Origin: a virus
Lineage: Duplodnaviria; Caudoviricetes
Strand: one strand, 5' to 3'
Virus record (IMG/VR): IMGVR_UViG_3300042477_000769
Length of the DNA: 64,000 nt
Positions 1 to 9,815 of this stretch are shown piece after piece (positions within the stretch are counted from its first letter, which is position 1; every line of letters starts with the position of its first letter). The notes under the pieces are model-generated. The model was not told the DNA's origin, ran no database searches, and was given only the letters and a program-made list of their open reading frames with translations. Both the position numbers and the translations under genes were made by a program.

Positions 1-232
1 CTGGAAAGAAGCGACTCGAGATGAAGGTACGTTATTAGAGCCATTATATTTGCCCTATAATGTTAACTTAGCCTTGGGACAAACTATCGAAAATGTCATG
101 GCCGCTCGTAAAAAACGTAGCGTAGATGTCTATTGTGGTCATACTCATCACGCTGAACATATCCATGTCTCTCGAAATATTAGGTGCCAAGTAGGTGAAC
201 CTAATCTAAAATGCCACATTTTATATGCCTAA
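1..232 (+). CDS. C-terminal part of a calcineurin-like metallophosphoesterase (5' truncated by window)
   Basis: Frame open from base 2 (WKEATRDE...); contains VYCGHTHH (GHxH motif). Confidence 0.55.
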   Translation, partial: WKEATRDEGTLLEPLYLPYNVNLALGQTIENVMAARKKRSVDVYCGHTHHAEHIHVSRNIRCQVGEPNLKCHILYA

Positions 233-264
233 ATCTGATATATAGAAAGTGGAAAGGACTTTTT

Positions 265-483
265 ATGATCAATATTTATGGTTTAGATATGTCAGTATGT
301 CATGATGACGAAGAAGAACAACTCTGGCTAGAATTTGATGACCCAGATTTTGCTGTTCCCGTAGAATTTCCCAAAAGTGAAAATGGATTAACCTGTCACT
401 CCTGTCAGGAATATTATCCGTATGCCGAACGGCCTAATCAACCCGATGGCACCTTTAAATGTTGGGGGTGCAGAAATTTTTAA
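265..483 (+). CDS. Small hypothetical protein with C-terminal Zn ribbon
   Basis: ATG 265 after AAGGA; CHSC...CWGC. Confidence 0.6.
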   Translation: MINIYGLDMSVCHDDEEEQLWLEFDDPDFAVPVEFPKSENGLTCHSCQEYYPYAERPNQPDGTFKCWGCRNF

Positions 484-723
484 ATGTTAGTTATTTATAC
501 CGAAAACCATAGAAAGCCCATTTCTCATTCCTTTACTCTAGGACAAATATTCCCTACTATTCAAGGTAAACTTCTAAAAGTAGAATTATCAGGCAAAGAA
601 TTACTGAAATATTCAGAAGCTATAGAGTTGCCCATTTGTTATTCTCCCATTATGACCTTAGTCTGGCATCCGCCACATGTTGGTCGTTTAGTTAAATCAT
701 TACGTGAAATATTCAAAGGTTAA
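484..723 (+). CDS. Hypothetical protein
   Basis: 79 aa ORF abutting neighbours. Confidence 0.5.
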   Translation: MLVIYTENHRKPISHSFTLGQIFPTIQGKLLKVELSGKELLKYSEAIELPICYSPIMTLVWHPPHVGRLVKSLREIFKG

Positions 724-725
724 TT

Positions 726-1022
726 ATGTTAGAAGCTATTATTTTAATTTGTGCTATTTTTTCATTATCTTTTCTGCTTAAAGAATCTGCCGGCCCATGG
801 GGCATGATGTCTTGGTTACGACACCAATTATTTAGCAGCCCATATGTCGGAGTCTTTTTCTATAAATTATTTGATTGTTATTTTTGCTTAGGTTGCCATG
901 CCGGCTGGATAATTTACCTATTATCTCAGCCCGTCTGGAGTCTCCCGATGCTGATCTGTTGGTCTTTAGCCGGCGGAACTATTTGCCTCTTATTTGACAA
1001 AATTTTGAAAGGTGCCCTGTGA
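726..1022 (+). CDS. Small membrane protein, DUF1360-like
   Basis: Hydrophobic segments and LFDCYFCLGCH motif. Confidence 0.5.
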   Translation: MLEAIILICAIFSLSFLLKESAGPWGMMSWLRHQLFSSPYVGVFFYKLFDCYFCLGCHAGWIIYLLSQPVWSLPMLICWSLAGGTICLLFDKILKGAL

Positions 1023-2494
1023 GTAAAGTTATTAAAGAAAGCGATTTGCCCAATCTCAATATTCAAGAGTCCATTAAAAGATGGACTCTTAATTTTACCG
1101 ATGTCATCAATAACAATAATAAATTCTATAATATGGAAATTATTAAAACCAATCAAGGTTTTTTTCTCTATTCCCAATATGGTCGAGTCGGAGGTACTGC
1201 CGCTAAAGAATATCGCCCCTGTCAAGATCAACTGCAAGCCGAATCAGAAGGTCAAAAACTAATCAAAAGTAAACTAAAAAAAGGTTATGTCGAAGTTAAA
1301 TTAGCTAAAGCTGATATTGGCTCCTCTGTCGGTCAAACTAAAATAGATACCTCGGTTTCAGTTGACACCCTCAAACGTTTAGGTACTACTGTTTCCTCTA
1401 GTAGCTCTCTGCATCCAGAAGTGCAAAACTTAGTTCGCACCTGGTTCGGAGTCACTCAAGAGTTCGTTAATCTCAATCTAGATACGAAGAAATGTCCTTT
1501 GGGCCAATTATCAGCCGATCAATTAGATTTAGCTCGCCAAATCTTAGACCAAGCTCAACTCATTATCTCGACTCCCAAACCTGATGTATTAGAATTAAAT
1601 AAATTAACTAACCAATATTATTCTAATATTCCTCATAACTTTGGTTACCGCCGTTTAGATGCGGATGCATTAAGATTAGATTCCAATGATAAAGTAGTCA
1701 AAGCTTTTGATATGTTAGATGTCTTTGCCGATGCCAAGAATGTTCAAGCCGTCATGTCTAAAGAATCAGCTATTGATGCACAATATGCGACCTTAAAAGC
1801 AGATCTTAATTACGTAGATCCTAGTTCTCCTATCTTTAAATGGGTGGATGCTATGTTATTAGGTACTCGTGCGTCTAATCATAGCTCCTTAGGTAAACTA
1901 AAAACTAGAAAAGTCTTCCAAGTCCATAGACATGGTGAAGATAAATTCTGGCGAGAAACCGCCGAGAAAATTGCTAAAGATAAATGCAAATTTAATCCGT
2001 CACCAGTTAATGCCGAATTTGTCAAAATGAGACCAGATGTGCCAACAGAATTGGTGAGTTTATATCAGCAAGCTAATATTTTGCCGGCTTGGCATGGGAC
2101 TAGAAGAGCGAATATGATTGGTATTACTACGAAGGGGTTCTTGATTAGACCGTCGGGTGTGCCGTTGGCGGGGAGCATGTATGGTAATGCCGTCTATTTT
2201 GGATTTCACAGTTCCAAGAGCATAAATTATTGCGATGTGAAAGGCTCCCACTGGGCCCAAGGCAATAATAATACTGCTTATCTCTTTCTAGTCGATGCTA
2301 TTTGTGGCAATTCTAAAATTGCCACTGGGGCTTACTCATATACTCCACAAAATATTAAACCTTATCATAGTGTATGGGCTAAAGGCGGTAACAGTGGGGT
2401 TATTAACGATGAGTTAATGTTGTACTATCCTTCTGGGCCGAATCAACAACATAATATTCGTTATATTGTAGAATTTGAAGTTCAGGCGAGATAA
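1019..2494 (+). CDS. Poly(ADP-ribose) polymerase-like protein (WGR + helical regulatory + catalytic domain)
   Basis: NNNKFY...YGRVG (WGR), LTNQYYSNIPHNFG (regulatory), WHGT / GSMYGNAVYF / NDELMLY (H-Y-E triad). Confidence 0.9.
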   Translation: MSKVIKESDLPNLNIQESIKRWTLNFTDVINNNNKFYNMEIIKTNQGFFLYSQYGRVGGTAAKEYRPCQDQLQAESEGQKLIKSKLKKGYVEVKLAKADIGSSVGQTKIDTSVSVDTLKRLGTTVSSSSSLHPEVQNLVRTWFGVTQEFVNLNLDTKKCPLGQLSADQLDLARQILDQAQLIISTPKPDVLELNKLTNQYYSNIPHNFGYRRLDADALRLDSNDKVVKAFDMLDVFADAKNVQAVMSKESAIDAQYATLKADLNYVDPSSPIFKWVDAMLLGTRASNHSSLGKLKTRKVFQVHRHGEDKFWRETAEKIAKDKCKFNPSPVNAEFVKMRPDVPTELVSLYQQANILPAWHGTRRANMIGITTKGFLIRPSGVPLAGSMYGNAVYFGFHSSKSINYCDVKGSHWAQGNNNTAYLFLVDAICGNSKIATGAYSYTPQNIKPYHSVWAKGGNSGVINDELMLYYPSGPNQQHNIRYIVEFEVQAR

Positions 2495-2528
2495 TTTTAA
2501 TATATTAACGAATAGTTATATTCGCCAT

Positions 2529-4577
2529 ATGACGAAAGATAGCATCTGGCAAAAAATACAAAACATAGTTCAAGACCAAGGCGGCAGGTGTCATTCTGTA
2601 GCATATCAGAATAATATTTCCAAATTATCTTTTGAATGTCGAGAGGGTCATACCTGGGAAACTTCTTGGAAAAGTTTGCGCCAAGGATCTTGGTGCCCAC
2701 GATGTGCGATTATTAATTCTCGTGGAACAAACCATATTCGTTTTGATTCCTTGGCTAATATGCAACATATTGCCGAATTGCGTGGAGGCAAATGTTTATC
2801 TGATTTATATCAGGGCTCTCATGTTAAACTTGATTGGCAATGTATGTTGGGCCATACCTGGGTAGCCAAACCTAGCGCAATTAAATTGGGCACTTGGTGC
2901 CCATCATGTAGTGTCGGTATTGGTGAGAGGGTTTGTCGATTAATATTTGAGACGATTTTTCAGGAAACTTTCACTAAAATAAGGCCCGAGTGGTTAAAAA
3001 ACCAGTTAACAGGTCGCAATCTAGAATTAGATGGTTATTGTGAAAAACTAAATATTGCTTTCGAATACAATGGTAGTCAACATTATTCGGAAGTGAATAT
3101 TTATTCAAGGTCTAAATATGACCAAGATAAAATTAACAAATGTCGACAGCACAATGTTAATCTCTTCATAATTAAAGAAATACCTAATATTTCTAAATAC
3201 ACTAACATTATTGACCAAATTAACTGCCAAGCGCAAGGGTTTGGCATAAAGATTCCATCACATATAAATATACCTATTCATCAAGTGTATCAAACTTCTT
3301 CTGGTTTGTTACATTTAGAAGAAATCAGTAAAATTGCGAATCAACGTGGCGGGAAATGTTTATCTCAAAATTATGTAGATAATTCTTTCAAATTAGATTT
3401 TCAATGTGGAGATTGTCATTATATTTGGAAATCTTCCCCCAATTCCATTAAAAATGGCACTTGGTGCCCGCAATGTGCTAATAAATGTGTTTCTTTATCT
3501 CATGCGCAGCAATTAGCGACAGATAAAGGCGGGCGGTGTATATCCGCAGAATATATTAATTCTGTCACTAAAATGATGTGGGAATGTCAATTTAAACATA
3601 CTTGGATGGCTTCGTATAATCAGATCCAATCAGGAAATTGGTGCCCTGCTTGTTTTAAAGATAATAAAAATAAAAGTAAAAAACTTCCTTTAGCAGCTTA
3701 TCAACAAGCTGCGTATAATAAGGGAGGCGAATGTTTATCAACAATAATTAATTCTTGCTATGATAAATTGCTGTGGAAATGTAAAAATAATCATGAATGG
3801 CATGGAACCGCACATGCCATTAAAAATACCAAACAATGGTGCCCTATATGTGCGAAAGAAAAAAGGAAAAACATGAAAAATAAAGTTAAAAAATCAGTAG
3901 AGGAAGTGAAAACTTCACTCCATCAAGTAATGGATCGACTCGGTGTAATAGAATTATCTCGTTACGAATGTTGTGACTGCGAATATAATAGATATTATGC
4001 CTGCCAAAATGGCAGTGATTGCTGTAACACCGATTATTGTCGGTGTGGACGAATTATCGACTTAAAAATTAAGTCAATAGATTTAAATGCGTTAATAAAG
4101 AAAATTTCTGATAACATCACCTTATCGGTATTAGATCAATATGTATTAGATCGTTTATGCCGACTTTGTAAATTATATGATCCTATTCATTGGGATATCG
4201 AAATTGCTGGAGGCTATTACGGAGAAGAATTAGGTGATTGTAAATGTGATTTTTCTGAATTAATCAATCATCTTAAGGAGATTAAAGATCTCTCTGAGAT
4301 AGATAAAGTTAAATATTTATTAAAATTAGAATATGGTTATTTGACTGATAGAGTTCAAAAAATGCAACAGGCGTCAATAGAGACTGTTGATGCTAATCTA
4401 ATTGTATTTCCAAATCAGCTTCATATGATTAAGATTAAAAGAGAAACATTTTATCAGGATTATAATCTTCCGAAAGCGATAGTTTCGCCAAATGATAATA
4501 AATATATGATTATCGATGGAAACCATCGAATGATAATGAATAATCAACAGACAGTTAAGGTAATTGTTTTAACTTGA
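2529..4577 (+). CDS. Zn-ribbon-repeat PD-(D/E)xK endonuclease fused in frame to a Cys-rich/ParB-like protein (possible second start at 3873)
   Basis: Repeated CxxGHxW...WCPxC units; LELDGY...AFEYNGSQHY; C-terminal IIDGNHR; AAGGA before ATG 3873. Confidence 0.7.
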   Translation: MTKDSIWQKIQNIVQDQGGRCHSVAYQNNISKLSFECREGHTWETSWKSLRQGSWCPRCAIINSRGTNHIRFDSLANMQHIAELRGGKCLSDLYQGSHVKLDWQCMLGHTWVAKPSAIKLGTWCPSCSVGIGERVCRLIFETIFQETFTKIRPEWLKNQLTGRNLELDGYCEKLNIAFEYNGSQHYSEVNIYSRSKYDQDKINKCRQHNVNLFIIKEIPNISKYTNIIDQINCQAQGFGIKIPSHINIPIHQVYQTSSGLLHLEEISKIANQRGGKCLSQNYVDNSFKLDFQCGDCHYIWKSSPNSIKNGTWCPQCANKCVSLSHAQQLATDKGGRCISAEYINSVTKMMWECQFKHTWMASYNQIQSGNWCPACFKDNKNKSKKLPLAAYQQAAYNKGGECLSTIINSCYDKLLWKCKNNHEWHGTAHAIKNTKQWCPICAKEKRKNMKNKVKKSVEEVKTSLHQVMDRLGVIELSRYECCDCEYNRYYACQNGSDCCNTDYCRCGRIIDLKIKSIDLNALIKKISDNITLSVLDQYVLDRLCRLCKLYDPIHWDIEIAGGYYGEELGDCKCDFSELINHLKEIKDLSEIDKVKYLLKLEYGYLTDRVQKMQQASIETVDANLIVFPNQLHMIKIKRETFYQDYNLPKAIVSPNDNKYMIIDGNHRMIMNNQQTVKVIVLT

Positions 4578-4592
4578 AAGAATTAAAATAAG

Positions 4593-5066
4593 ATGAATAT
4601 ATTTGTGTTAGATGAGAATATAGATTTATGTGCACAATATCATGTCGACAAACATTGTGTCAAGATGATATTGGAGACTACGCAATTATTAAATAATGCT
4701 GTTTTTGCGCATGATGCAAATTATATACCTATTTATAAACCTACACATCAAAAGCATCCGTGTTCAATTTGGGCCACGGCATCTCGGTCTAACTTTGAGT
4801 GGTTAAATCAATTAGGATTAGCTTTATGTCGTGAATATACTTATCGGTATCATAAGCGGCATAAGTGTCATGATATTTTGGACTATTTTAGTCAATTAGC
4901 TAAAGAGCGGATGCCAGATTCTGGTTTAACTAAATTTGCGATATGCATGCCGGAGGAATATAAGGTAGAGGACCCGATTCTTTCGTATCGAAATTATTAT
5001 CGAGGAGCTAAGGCAGGATTTGCGAAATGGACTAATCGAGAAGCACCGGAATGGTGGAAACCGTAA
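4593..5066 (+). CDS. Pyrimidine-dimer DNA glycosylase (DenV/Pyr_excise-like)
   Basis: MNIFVLD...YHVDKHCVKMILE, THxKHPCSIW, YRNYY. Confidence 0.8.
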   Translation: MNIFVLDENIDLCAQYHVDKHCVKMILETTQLLNNAVFAHDANYIPIYKPTHQKHPCSIWATASRSNFEWLNQLGLALCREYTYRYHKRHKCHDILDYFSQLAKERMPDSGLTKFAICMPEEYKVEDPILSYRNYYRGAKAGFAKWTNREAPEWWKP

Positions 5067-5571
5067 TGTTGAATATAGTTTCTTTAAAAAGAATTCTTTG
5101 GGTCAATTTCACTGTGAAGATGGTCCAGCCTTAGAATATTCTTCTGGTAATAAAGAATGGTATCTTCATGGTCAACTACATCGAGAAGCTGGTCCAGCAG
5201 TAATAAATTTTCAAGGAAATAAATCTTGGTATCTTCATGGTCAGCTCCATCGAGAAGATGGTCCGGCCATAGAATATACTGATGGAGAGAAACATTGGTA
5301 TCTTCATGGCAAAAGACATCGAGAAGGTGGTCCAGCTGTAGAATATAGTGGAATTAAAGAGTGGTATCTTCATGGCCGATGCCATCGAGAAGATGGCCCA
5401 GCATTAGAATGGCCTGATGGATCTAAAGAATGGTATTTTAATGCCCGACTTCATCGAGAAGATGGCCCAGCGATAAACTGGGCTGATGGAACTAAAGAAT
5501 ATTATCTTCAAGGCAAAGAATATACAGAAGAAGAGTATTGGCGAGTAATTAAATTAAAAGTTTTGTGGTAG
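5020..5571 (+). CDS. HREDGPA-repeat protein (start uncertain: TTG 5020, or out-of-frame ATG 5066)
   Basis: 22-aa repeats; C-terminal EEEYWRVIKLKVLW. Confidence 0.8.
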   Translation: MRNGLIEKHRNGGNRNVEYSFFKKNSLGQFHCEDGPALEYSSGNKEWYLHGQLHREAGPAVINFQGNKSWYLHGQLHREDGPAIEYTDGEKHWYLHGKRHREGGPAVEYSGIKEWYLHGRCHREDGPALEWPDGSKEWYFNARLHREDGPAINWADGTKEYYLQGKEYTEEEYWRVIKLKVLW

Positions 5572-5575
5572 CAAT

Positions 5576-5824
5576 ATGCAAGAAATTAAAACATTTAAAG
5601 ATGGCGCTAAATATTATTATTGGAATAATAAGTTACATCGAGAAGATGGACCAGCCTTAATAAATTTTGTTGGAGATAAATATTGGTTGCTTTATGGTCA
5701 AAAACATCGAGAAGATGGTCCGGCAGTAGTCCACGCTAATGGGTATAAAGAATATTGGCTTCAAGGCAAAGAATATTCAGAAGAAGAATATTGTCGCTTA
5801 GTTAAACTAAAGGCTTTATGGTAA
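5576..5824 (+). CDS. HREDGPA-repeat protein
   Basis: MQEIK start, 2 repeats, KLKALW end. Confidence 0.85.
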   Translation: MQEIKTFKDGAKYYYWNNKLHREDGPALINFVGDKYWLLYGQKHREDGPAVVHANGYKEYWLQGKEYSEEEYCRLVKLKALW

Positions 5825-5827
5825 AAT

Positions 5828-6484
5828 ATGAATGATTGGATTAATTTTATTAAAGAAGAGAGCCATCAGCCATATTATCGAAATATCTTAGAATTCTTGG
5901 AAGAAGATGGAAAACATCATCTTATTTATCCGGCCAGTCAAGATATTTTTAATGCATTTTTCTTATCTCCTTTAGAAACAACGAAAGTAGTGATCTTAGG
6001 ACAAGATCCTTATCATAATCCTGGAGAAGCCCATGGCTTATCCTTTTCCGTCCAAGAAGGAGTCAGGATTCCTCCCTCATTAAAGAATATTTTTAAAGAA
6101 TTAGTTAGTGATTTAGGTATTTCTACTCCTATTTATGGAGATTTGACTAGTTGGGCACAGCAAGGAGTATTATTATTAAATTCTTGTCTGACAGTCAAAA
6201 AAAACGAACCTAATTCGCATAAAAATATTGGTTGGCATTTATTTACGGATCGAGCGATACAGAAAGTATCAGCTCAAGGTCGACCGATAGTATTTATATT
6301 GTGGGGTAATTTTGCCAGACAGAAAAAGTCATTAATTGTAGGTAATCATCTGATTTTAGAATCAGCTCATCCATCTCCATTAAGTGCTCATCAAGGATTT
6401 TTTGGATCTCGACCCTTTTCTCAAGCCAATCAATTTTTAATTTCTCAAGGAGAAGAGCCCATTAAATGGGAGTCAATATGTTAG
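5828..6484 (+). CDS. ung: Uracil-DNA glycosylase family 1
   Basis: GQDPYH, VLLLN, LWG, HPSPLS motifs. Confidence 0.95.
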   Translation: MNDWINFIKEESHQPYYRNILEFLEEDGKHHLIYPASQDIFNAFFLSPLETTKVVILGQDPYHNPGEAHGLSFSVQEGVRIPPSLKNIFKELVSDLGISTPIYGDLTSWAQQGVLLLNSCLTVKKNEPNSHKNIGWHLFTDRAIQKVSAQGRPIVFILWGNFARQKKSLIVGNHLILESAHPSPLSAHQGFFGSRPFSQANQFLISQGEEPIKWESIC

Positions 6485-6543
6485 AAATAGTAGAGGGTAA
6501 TCTGTTAGAGGCTACTGAACAATATATTGCTCATGATCTTTAG
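6478..6543 (+). pseudogene. 5' fragment of a macro-domain gene truncated by an IS end
   Basis: MLEIVEGNLLEATEQYIAH resembles a phage macro-domain N-terminus, then runs into IS left-end sequence and stops. Confidence 0.65.
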
Positions 6544-6574
6544 GCAAGGACACCCTCAGCCTTGTGCTGAGGGA
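6535..6574 (+). mobile_element. Isolated IS605-type left-end remnant
   Basis: 39/40 identical to 11993-12032, including hairpin CCCTCAGC-cttgt-GCTGAGGG. Confidence 0.9.
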
Positions 6575-6971
6575 CCAACGACATCGAGAAGATGGTCCAG
6601 CAGAAGAATTCTCCAATGGATACAAATATTGGTGGCTCAATGGACGATTACATCGAGAAAATGGCCCAGCAATCGAAGAAGGCCCAGATAAACACTGGTT
6701 TATTCAAGGCATTCGGCATCGAATAGGCGCCCCAGCCATTGAAGAAAATGGAGATAAAGAATGGTGTATAGAAGGAAAGCGACACCGAGAAGATGGTCCG
6801 GCCATAGAGCGAGCTAATGGAGATAAAGAGTGGTATCTTCGTGGTCAACGACATCGAGAAGATGGTCCGGCAGTAGAATATGTTGATGGAAGAAAATATT
6901 GGTACCTTCAAGGCACAGCATATACAGAAAAAGACTATTGGAGAGTGGTTAAATTAAAAGCATTATGGTAA
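6564..6971 (+). CDS. 5'-truncated HREDGPA-repeat gene fused to IS end (GTG from the IS hairpin)
   Basis: Lacks MQEIK start; repeats begin directly after the IS remnant. Confidence 0.7.
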   Translation: MLRDQRHREDGPAEEFSNGYKYWWLNGRLHRENGPAIEEGPDKHWFIQGIRHRIGAPAIEENGDKEWCIEGKRHREDGPAIERANGDKEWYLRGQRHREDGPAVEYVDGRKYWYLQGTAYTEKDYWRVVKLKALW

Positions 6972-6975
6972 TAGT

Positions 6976-7293
6976 ATGAAAGAAATTAAAATAGATGAAG
7001 ATGGAACTAAAAGATATTATTGGAACGGTCGATACCATCGAGAAGATGGACCGGCCATAGAATTTGTTAATGGGGATAAACAATGGTATCTTCATGGTCA
7101 ATGGCATCGAGAAGATGGCCCAGCGATAGAGCATTCTGATGGATATAAACATTGGTATCTTCATGGTGAACGACATCGAGAAGATGGTCCGGCAGTAGAA
7201 TATCCTTATGAAAGAAAATCTTGGTATCTTCAAGGTAAATCATATTCAGAAGAAGAATACTGGAGAGTGGTTAAATTAAAAGCATTATGGTGA
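6976..7293 (+). CDS. HREDGPA-repeat protein
   Basis: MKEIK start, repeats, KLKALW. Confidence 0.85.
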   Translation: MKEIKIDEDGTKRYYWNGRYHREDGPAIEFVNGDKQWYLHGQWHREDGPAIEHSDGYKHWYLHGERHREDGPAVEYPYERKSWYLQGKSYSEEEYWRVVKLKALW

Positions 7294-7296
7294 AGT

Positions 7297-7608
7297 ATGC
7301 AAGAAATTATAGCAGACGAATTTGGTAAATATTACTATTGGAATGGGGAATTTCATCGAGAAGATGGTCCAGCGATAGAATATATTGATGGTTCTAAAGA
7401 ATATTGGATTCATGGCAAAATTCATAAAAATAATGGACCCGCGATAGAGCATCAGGCGGATAAATATTGGTATCAACATCATCATCGTCATCGAGAAGAT
7501 GGTCCGGCGGTAGAATATGCTGATGGAAGTAAAAAGTGGTACCTTCAAGGTAAAGAATATTCAGAGGACGAATACTGGAGAATCGTTAAGCTCAAAGCTT
7601 TATGGTAA
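7297..7608 (+). CDS. HREDGPA-repeat protein
   Basis: MQEII start, repeats, KLKALW. Confidence 0.85.
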   Translation: MQEIIADEFGKYYYWNGEFHREDGPAIEYIDGSKEYWIHGKIHKNNGPAIEHQADKYWYQHHHRHREDGPAVEYADGSKKWYLQGKEYSEDEYWRIVKLKALW

Positions 7609-7612
7609 TAGT

Positions 7613-7999
7613 ATGCAAGAAATTAAAATAGATCAACGTGGAACTAAAGAATATTATTGGAATGACCAACTCCATCGAGAAGATGGACCAGCTATCGAAT
7701 GGTATGATGGAGATAAATTTTGGTATTTTCATAATCAACGACATCGAGAAGATGGTCCGGCTGTAGAGCATGTTAATGGAGATAAAGAATGGTTTCTTCG
7801 TGGTAAATTACATCGAGAAGATGGTCCGGCCATAGATTGGGTTAATGGATTTAAACAGTGGTATCTTCATGGTAATCTTCATCGAGAAGATGGTCCAGCA
7901 GTAGAAAATGCTCGTGGCGATAAATATTGGTACCTTCAAGGCAAACAATACACAGAAGGAGAATATTGGCGAATGCTTAAATTAAAAGCTTTGTGGTAA
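7613..7999 (+). CDS. HREDGPA-repeat protein
   Basis: ATG 7613 matches family start MQEIKID. Confidence 0.85.
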   Translation: MQEIKIDQRGTKEYYWNDQLHREDGPAIEWYDGDKFWYFHNQRHREDGPAVEHVNGDKEWFLRGKLHREDGPAIDWVNGFKQWYLHGNLHREDGPAVENARGDKYWYLQGKQYTEGEYWRMLKLKALW

Positions 8000-8003
8000 A
8001 CTT

Positions 8004-8459
8004 ATGCAAGAATTAAAAATAGATCAAGAGGGAAATAAGTTTTATTACTATAATGGCCAGTTCCATCGAGAAGATGGTCCAGCGATAGAACGGACTAATG
8101 GAGATAAAGAATATTATCGTTATGGGGTTCTTCATCGAGAAGATGACCCAGCCATAGAATATGTTGATGGAAGTAAAGAATATTGGGTTAATGGCCGATT
8201 ACATCGAGACGCTGGCCCTGCTACAGATTATCCTAATGGACATAAATTCTGGTATCTTCATGGTCAACGTCATCGAGAAGATGGTCCAGCAGTAGAATAT
8301 ACTGATGGAAGCAAATGGTGGTATCTTAATGGTAAATTACATCGAGAAGATGGCCCTGCGAAAGAATTTTCTAATGGAGATAAATTCTGGTATCTTCAAG
8401 GCAAAAACTATTCAGAAGAAGAATATTGGCGTTTAGTTAAGTTGAAAGCTTTGTGGTAA
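8004..8459 (+). CDS. HREDGPA-repeat protein
   Basis: Family start/end motifs. Confidence 0.85.
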   Translation: MQELKIDQEGNKFYYYNGQFHREDGPAIERTNGDKEYYRYGVLHREDDPAIEYVDGSKEYWVNGRLHRDAGPATDYPNGHKFWYLHGQRHREDGPAVEYTDGSKWWYLNGKLHREDGPAKEFSNGDKFWYLQGKNYSEEEYWRLVKLKALW

Positions 8460-8480
8460 TTTTTAAAAATACAGCTCCCC

Positions 8481-8508
8481 TTGCGTCCAATTTATTAAAT
8501 ATTACATT
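8481..8508 (+). promoter_or_regulatory. Sigma70-like promoter
   Basis: TTGCGT-16 nt-TACATT after an A/T tract. Confidence 0.5.
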
Positions 8509-8549
8509 GAGTCTTGGAGACCGGGAACCCAAATAAAAAGGAAAAAATT

Positions 8550-9011
8550 ATGAATTCATTAGACAATGAAGTGAGAAGTGTAATTACTGAATTTATGTCG
8601 CAGGACAAATTATTTACTGCTTTAGATGTCAGCAAAAAAGTTAAATTAACCTGTCCTTTTGCTCGACATTCTGAAGTTAGAGAATTGGTTCGTCAAATGT
8701 TTAAGACTGACATTGTGCCATTACATTGGAATCGCACTTTAATTTCAGTGACCTTAGCTGATGGAACTGTAACTGATACTTTTTTGTATCATCCAGTGCC
8801 AGCTCCAGCTAATGTAGCGGATGTTTACCAACAAGCTTCAATAAACGTTACGCCATACGCCGATCCTTCTGGACAATTATCATTATTTGCTAATACCGTT
8901 GCCTCTTCTTCTACTCCGGTTGCACCGACTCCGGTTACACCGACTCCAGTCTCAGCAAAAGATAGATGGGCAGATTTATTTAATTCCGCATCTTTGTTTC
9001 CTGGAAAATAA
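8550..9011 (+). CDS. Hypothetical protein with Pro/Thr-rich tail
   Basis: ATG 8550 after AAGGA; TPVAPTPVTPTPV. Confidence 0.7.
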   Translation: MNSLDNEVRSVITEFMSQDKLFTALDVSKKVKLTCPFARHSEVRELVRQMFKTDIVPLHWNRTLISVTLADGTVTDTFLYHPVPAPANVADVYQQASINVTPYADPSGQLSLFANTVASSSTPVAPTPVTPTPVSAKDRWADLFNSASLFPGK

Positions 9012-9397
9012 TGCAAGAAATTAAGATAGATTCATTTGGCTCTAAAAGATATTATTGGAATGGTCAGCTACATCGAGAAGATGGTCCGGCAATAGAATAT
9101 ACTAATGGATATAAACAATGGTGTTTTCATGGAGACATCCATCGAGAAAATGGGCCAGCTATAGAGTGGGCTAATGGAGATAAAGAATGGTATTTTCATG
9201 GCAAATTACATCGAGAAGACGGTCCAGCAATAGAATATACTACTGGTGGTAAAATTTGGTATCTTCATGGTCAAAAACATAGAATAGCTGGTCCAGCCAG
9301 ATTATTTCCTAATGGACATAAAGAATGGTGGCTTCAAAATAAACAATATTCAGAGAAAGAATATTGGAGAGTAGTTAAGTTGAAATACTTATGGTAA
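9011..9397 (+). CDS. HREDGPA-repeat protein
   Basis: Family motifs; TAATG coupling to upstream gene. Confidence 0.85.
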   Translation: MQEIKIDSFGSKRYYWNGQLHREDGPAIEYTNGYKQWCFHGDIHRENGPAIEWANGDKEWYFHGKLHREDGPAIEYTTGGKIWYLHGQKHRIAGPARLFPNGHKEWWLQNKQYSEKEYWRVVKLKYLW

Positions 9398-9401
9398 AGT
9401 T

Positions 9402-9812
9402 ATGCAAGAAATTAAAATAGATAACTGGGGTATTAAAAGATATTATTTAAATAATCAGCTTCATCGAACAGATGGTCCAGCGGTAGAATATGATAAGTCT
9501 GGAGAAGGAGAATGGTATCTCAATGGAGAGCGCCATCGAGAAGATGGTCCGGCGGTAGAATATGCTACTGGATCTAAATATTGGTTTCGTCATGATAAAT
9601 TACATCGAGAAGATGGTCCTGCCGTAGAATCTGCTTATGGAGATAAAGAATGGTATTATCATGGTAAACTTCATCGAGAAGATGGTCCAGCGATAGAATA
9701 TGGTGTTAATTCAATTAAAGGATCTGCTGGAACTAAAGAATATTATCTTAACGGTCTGAAATATTCAGAAGAAGAATATTGCCGTGTTTTTAAGTTAAAA
9801 GCTTTATGGTAA
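9402..9812 (+). CDS. HREDGPA-repeat protein
   Basis: Family motifs. Confidence 0.85.
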   Translation: MQEIKIDNWGIKRYYLNNQLHRTDGPAVEYDKSGEGEWYLNGERHREDGPAVEYATGSKYWFRHDKLHREDGPAVESAYGDKEWYYHGKLHREDGPAIEYGVNSIKGSAGTKEYYLNGLKYSEEEYCRVFKLKALW

Positions 9813-9815
9813 AAT

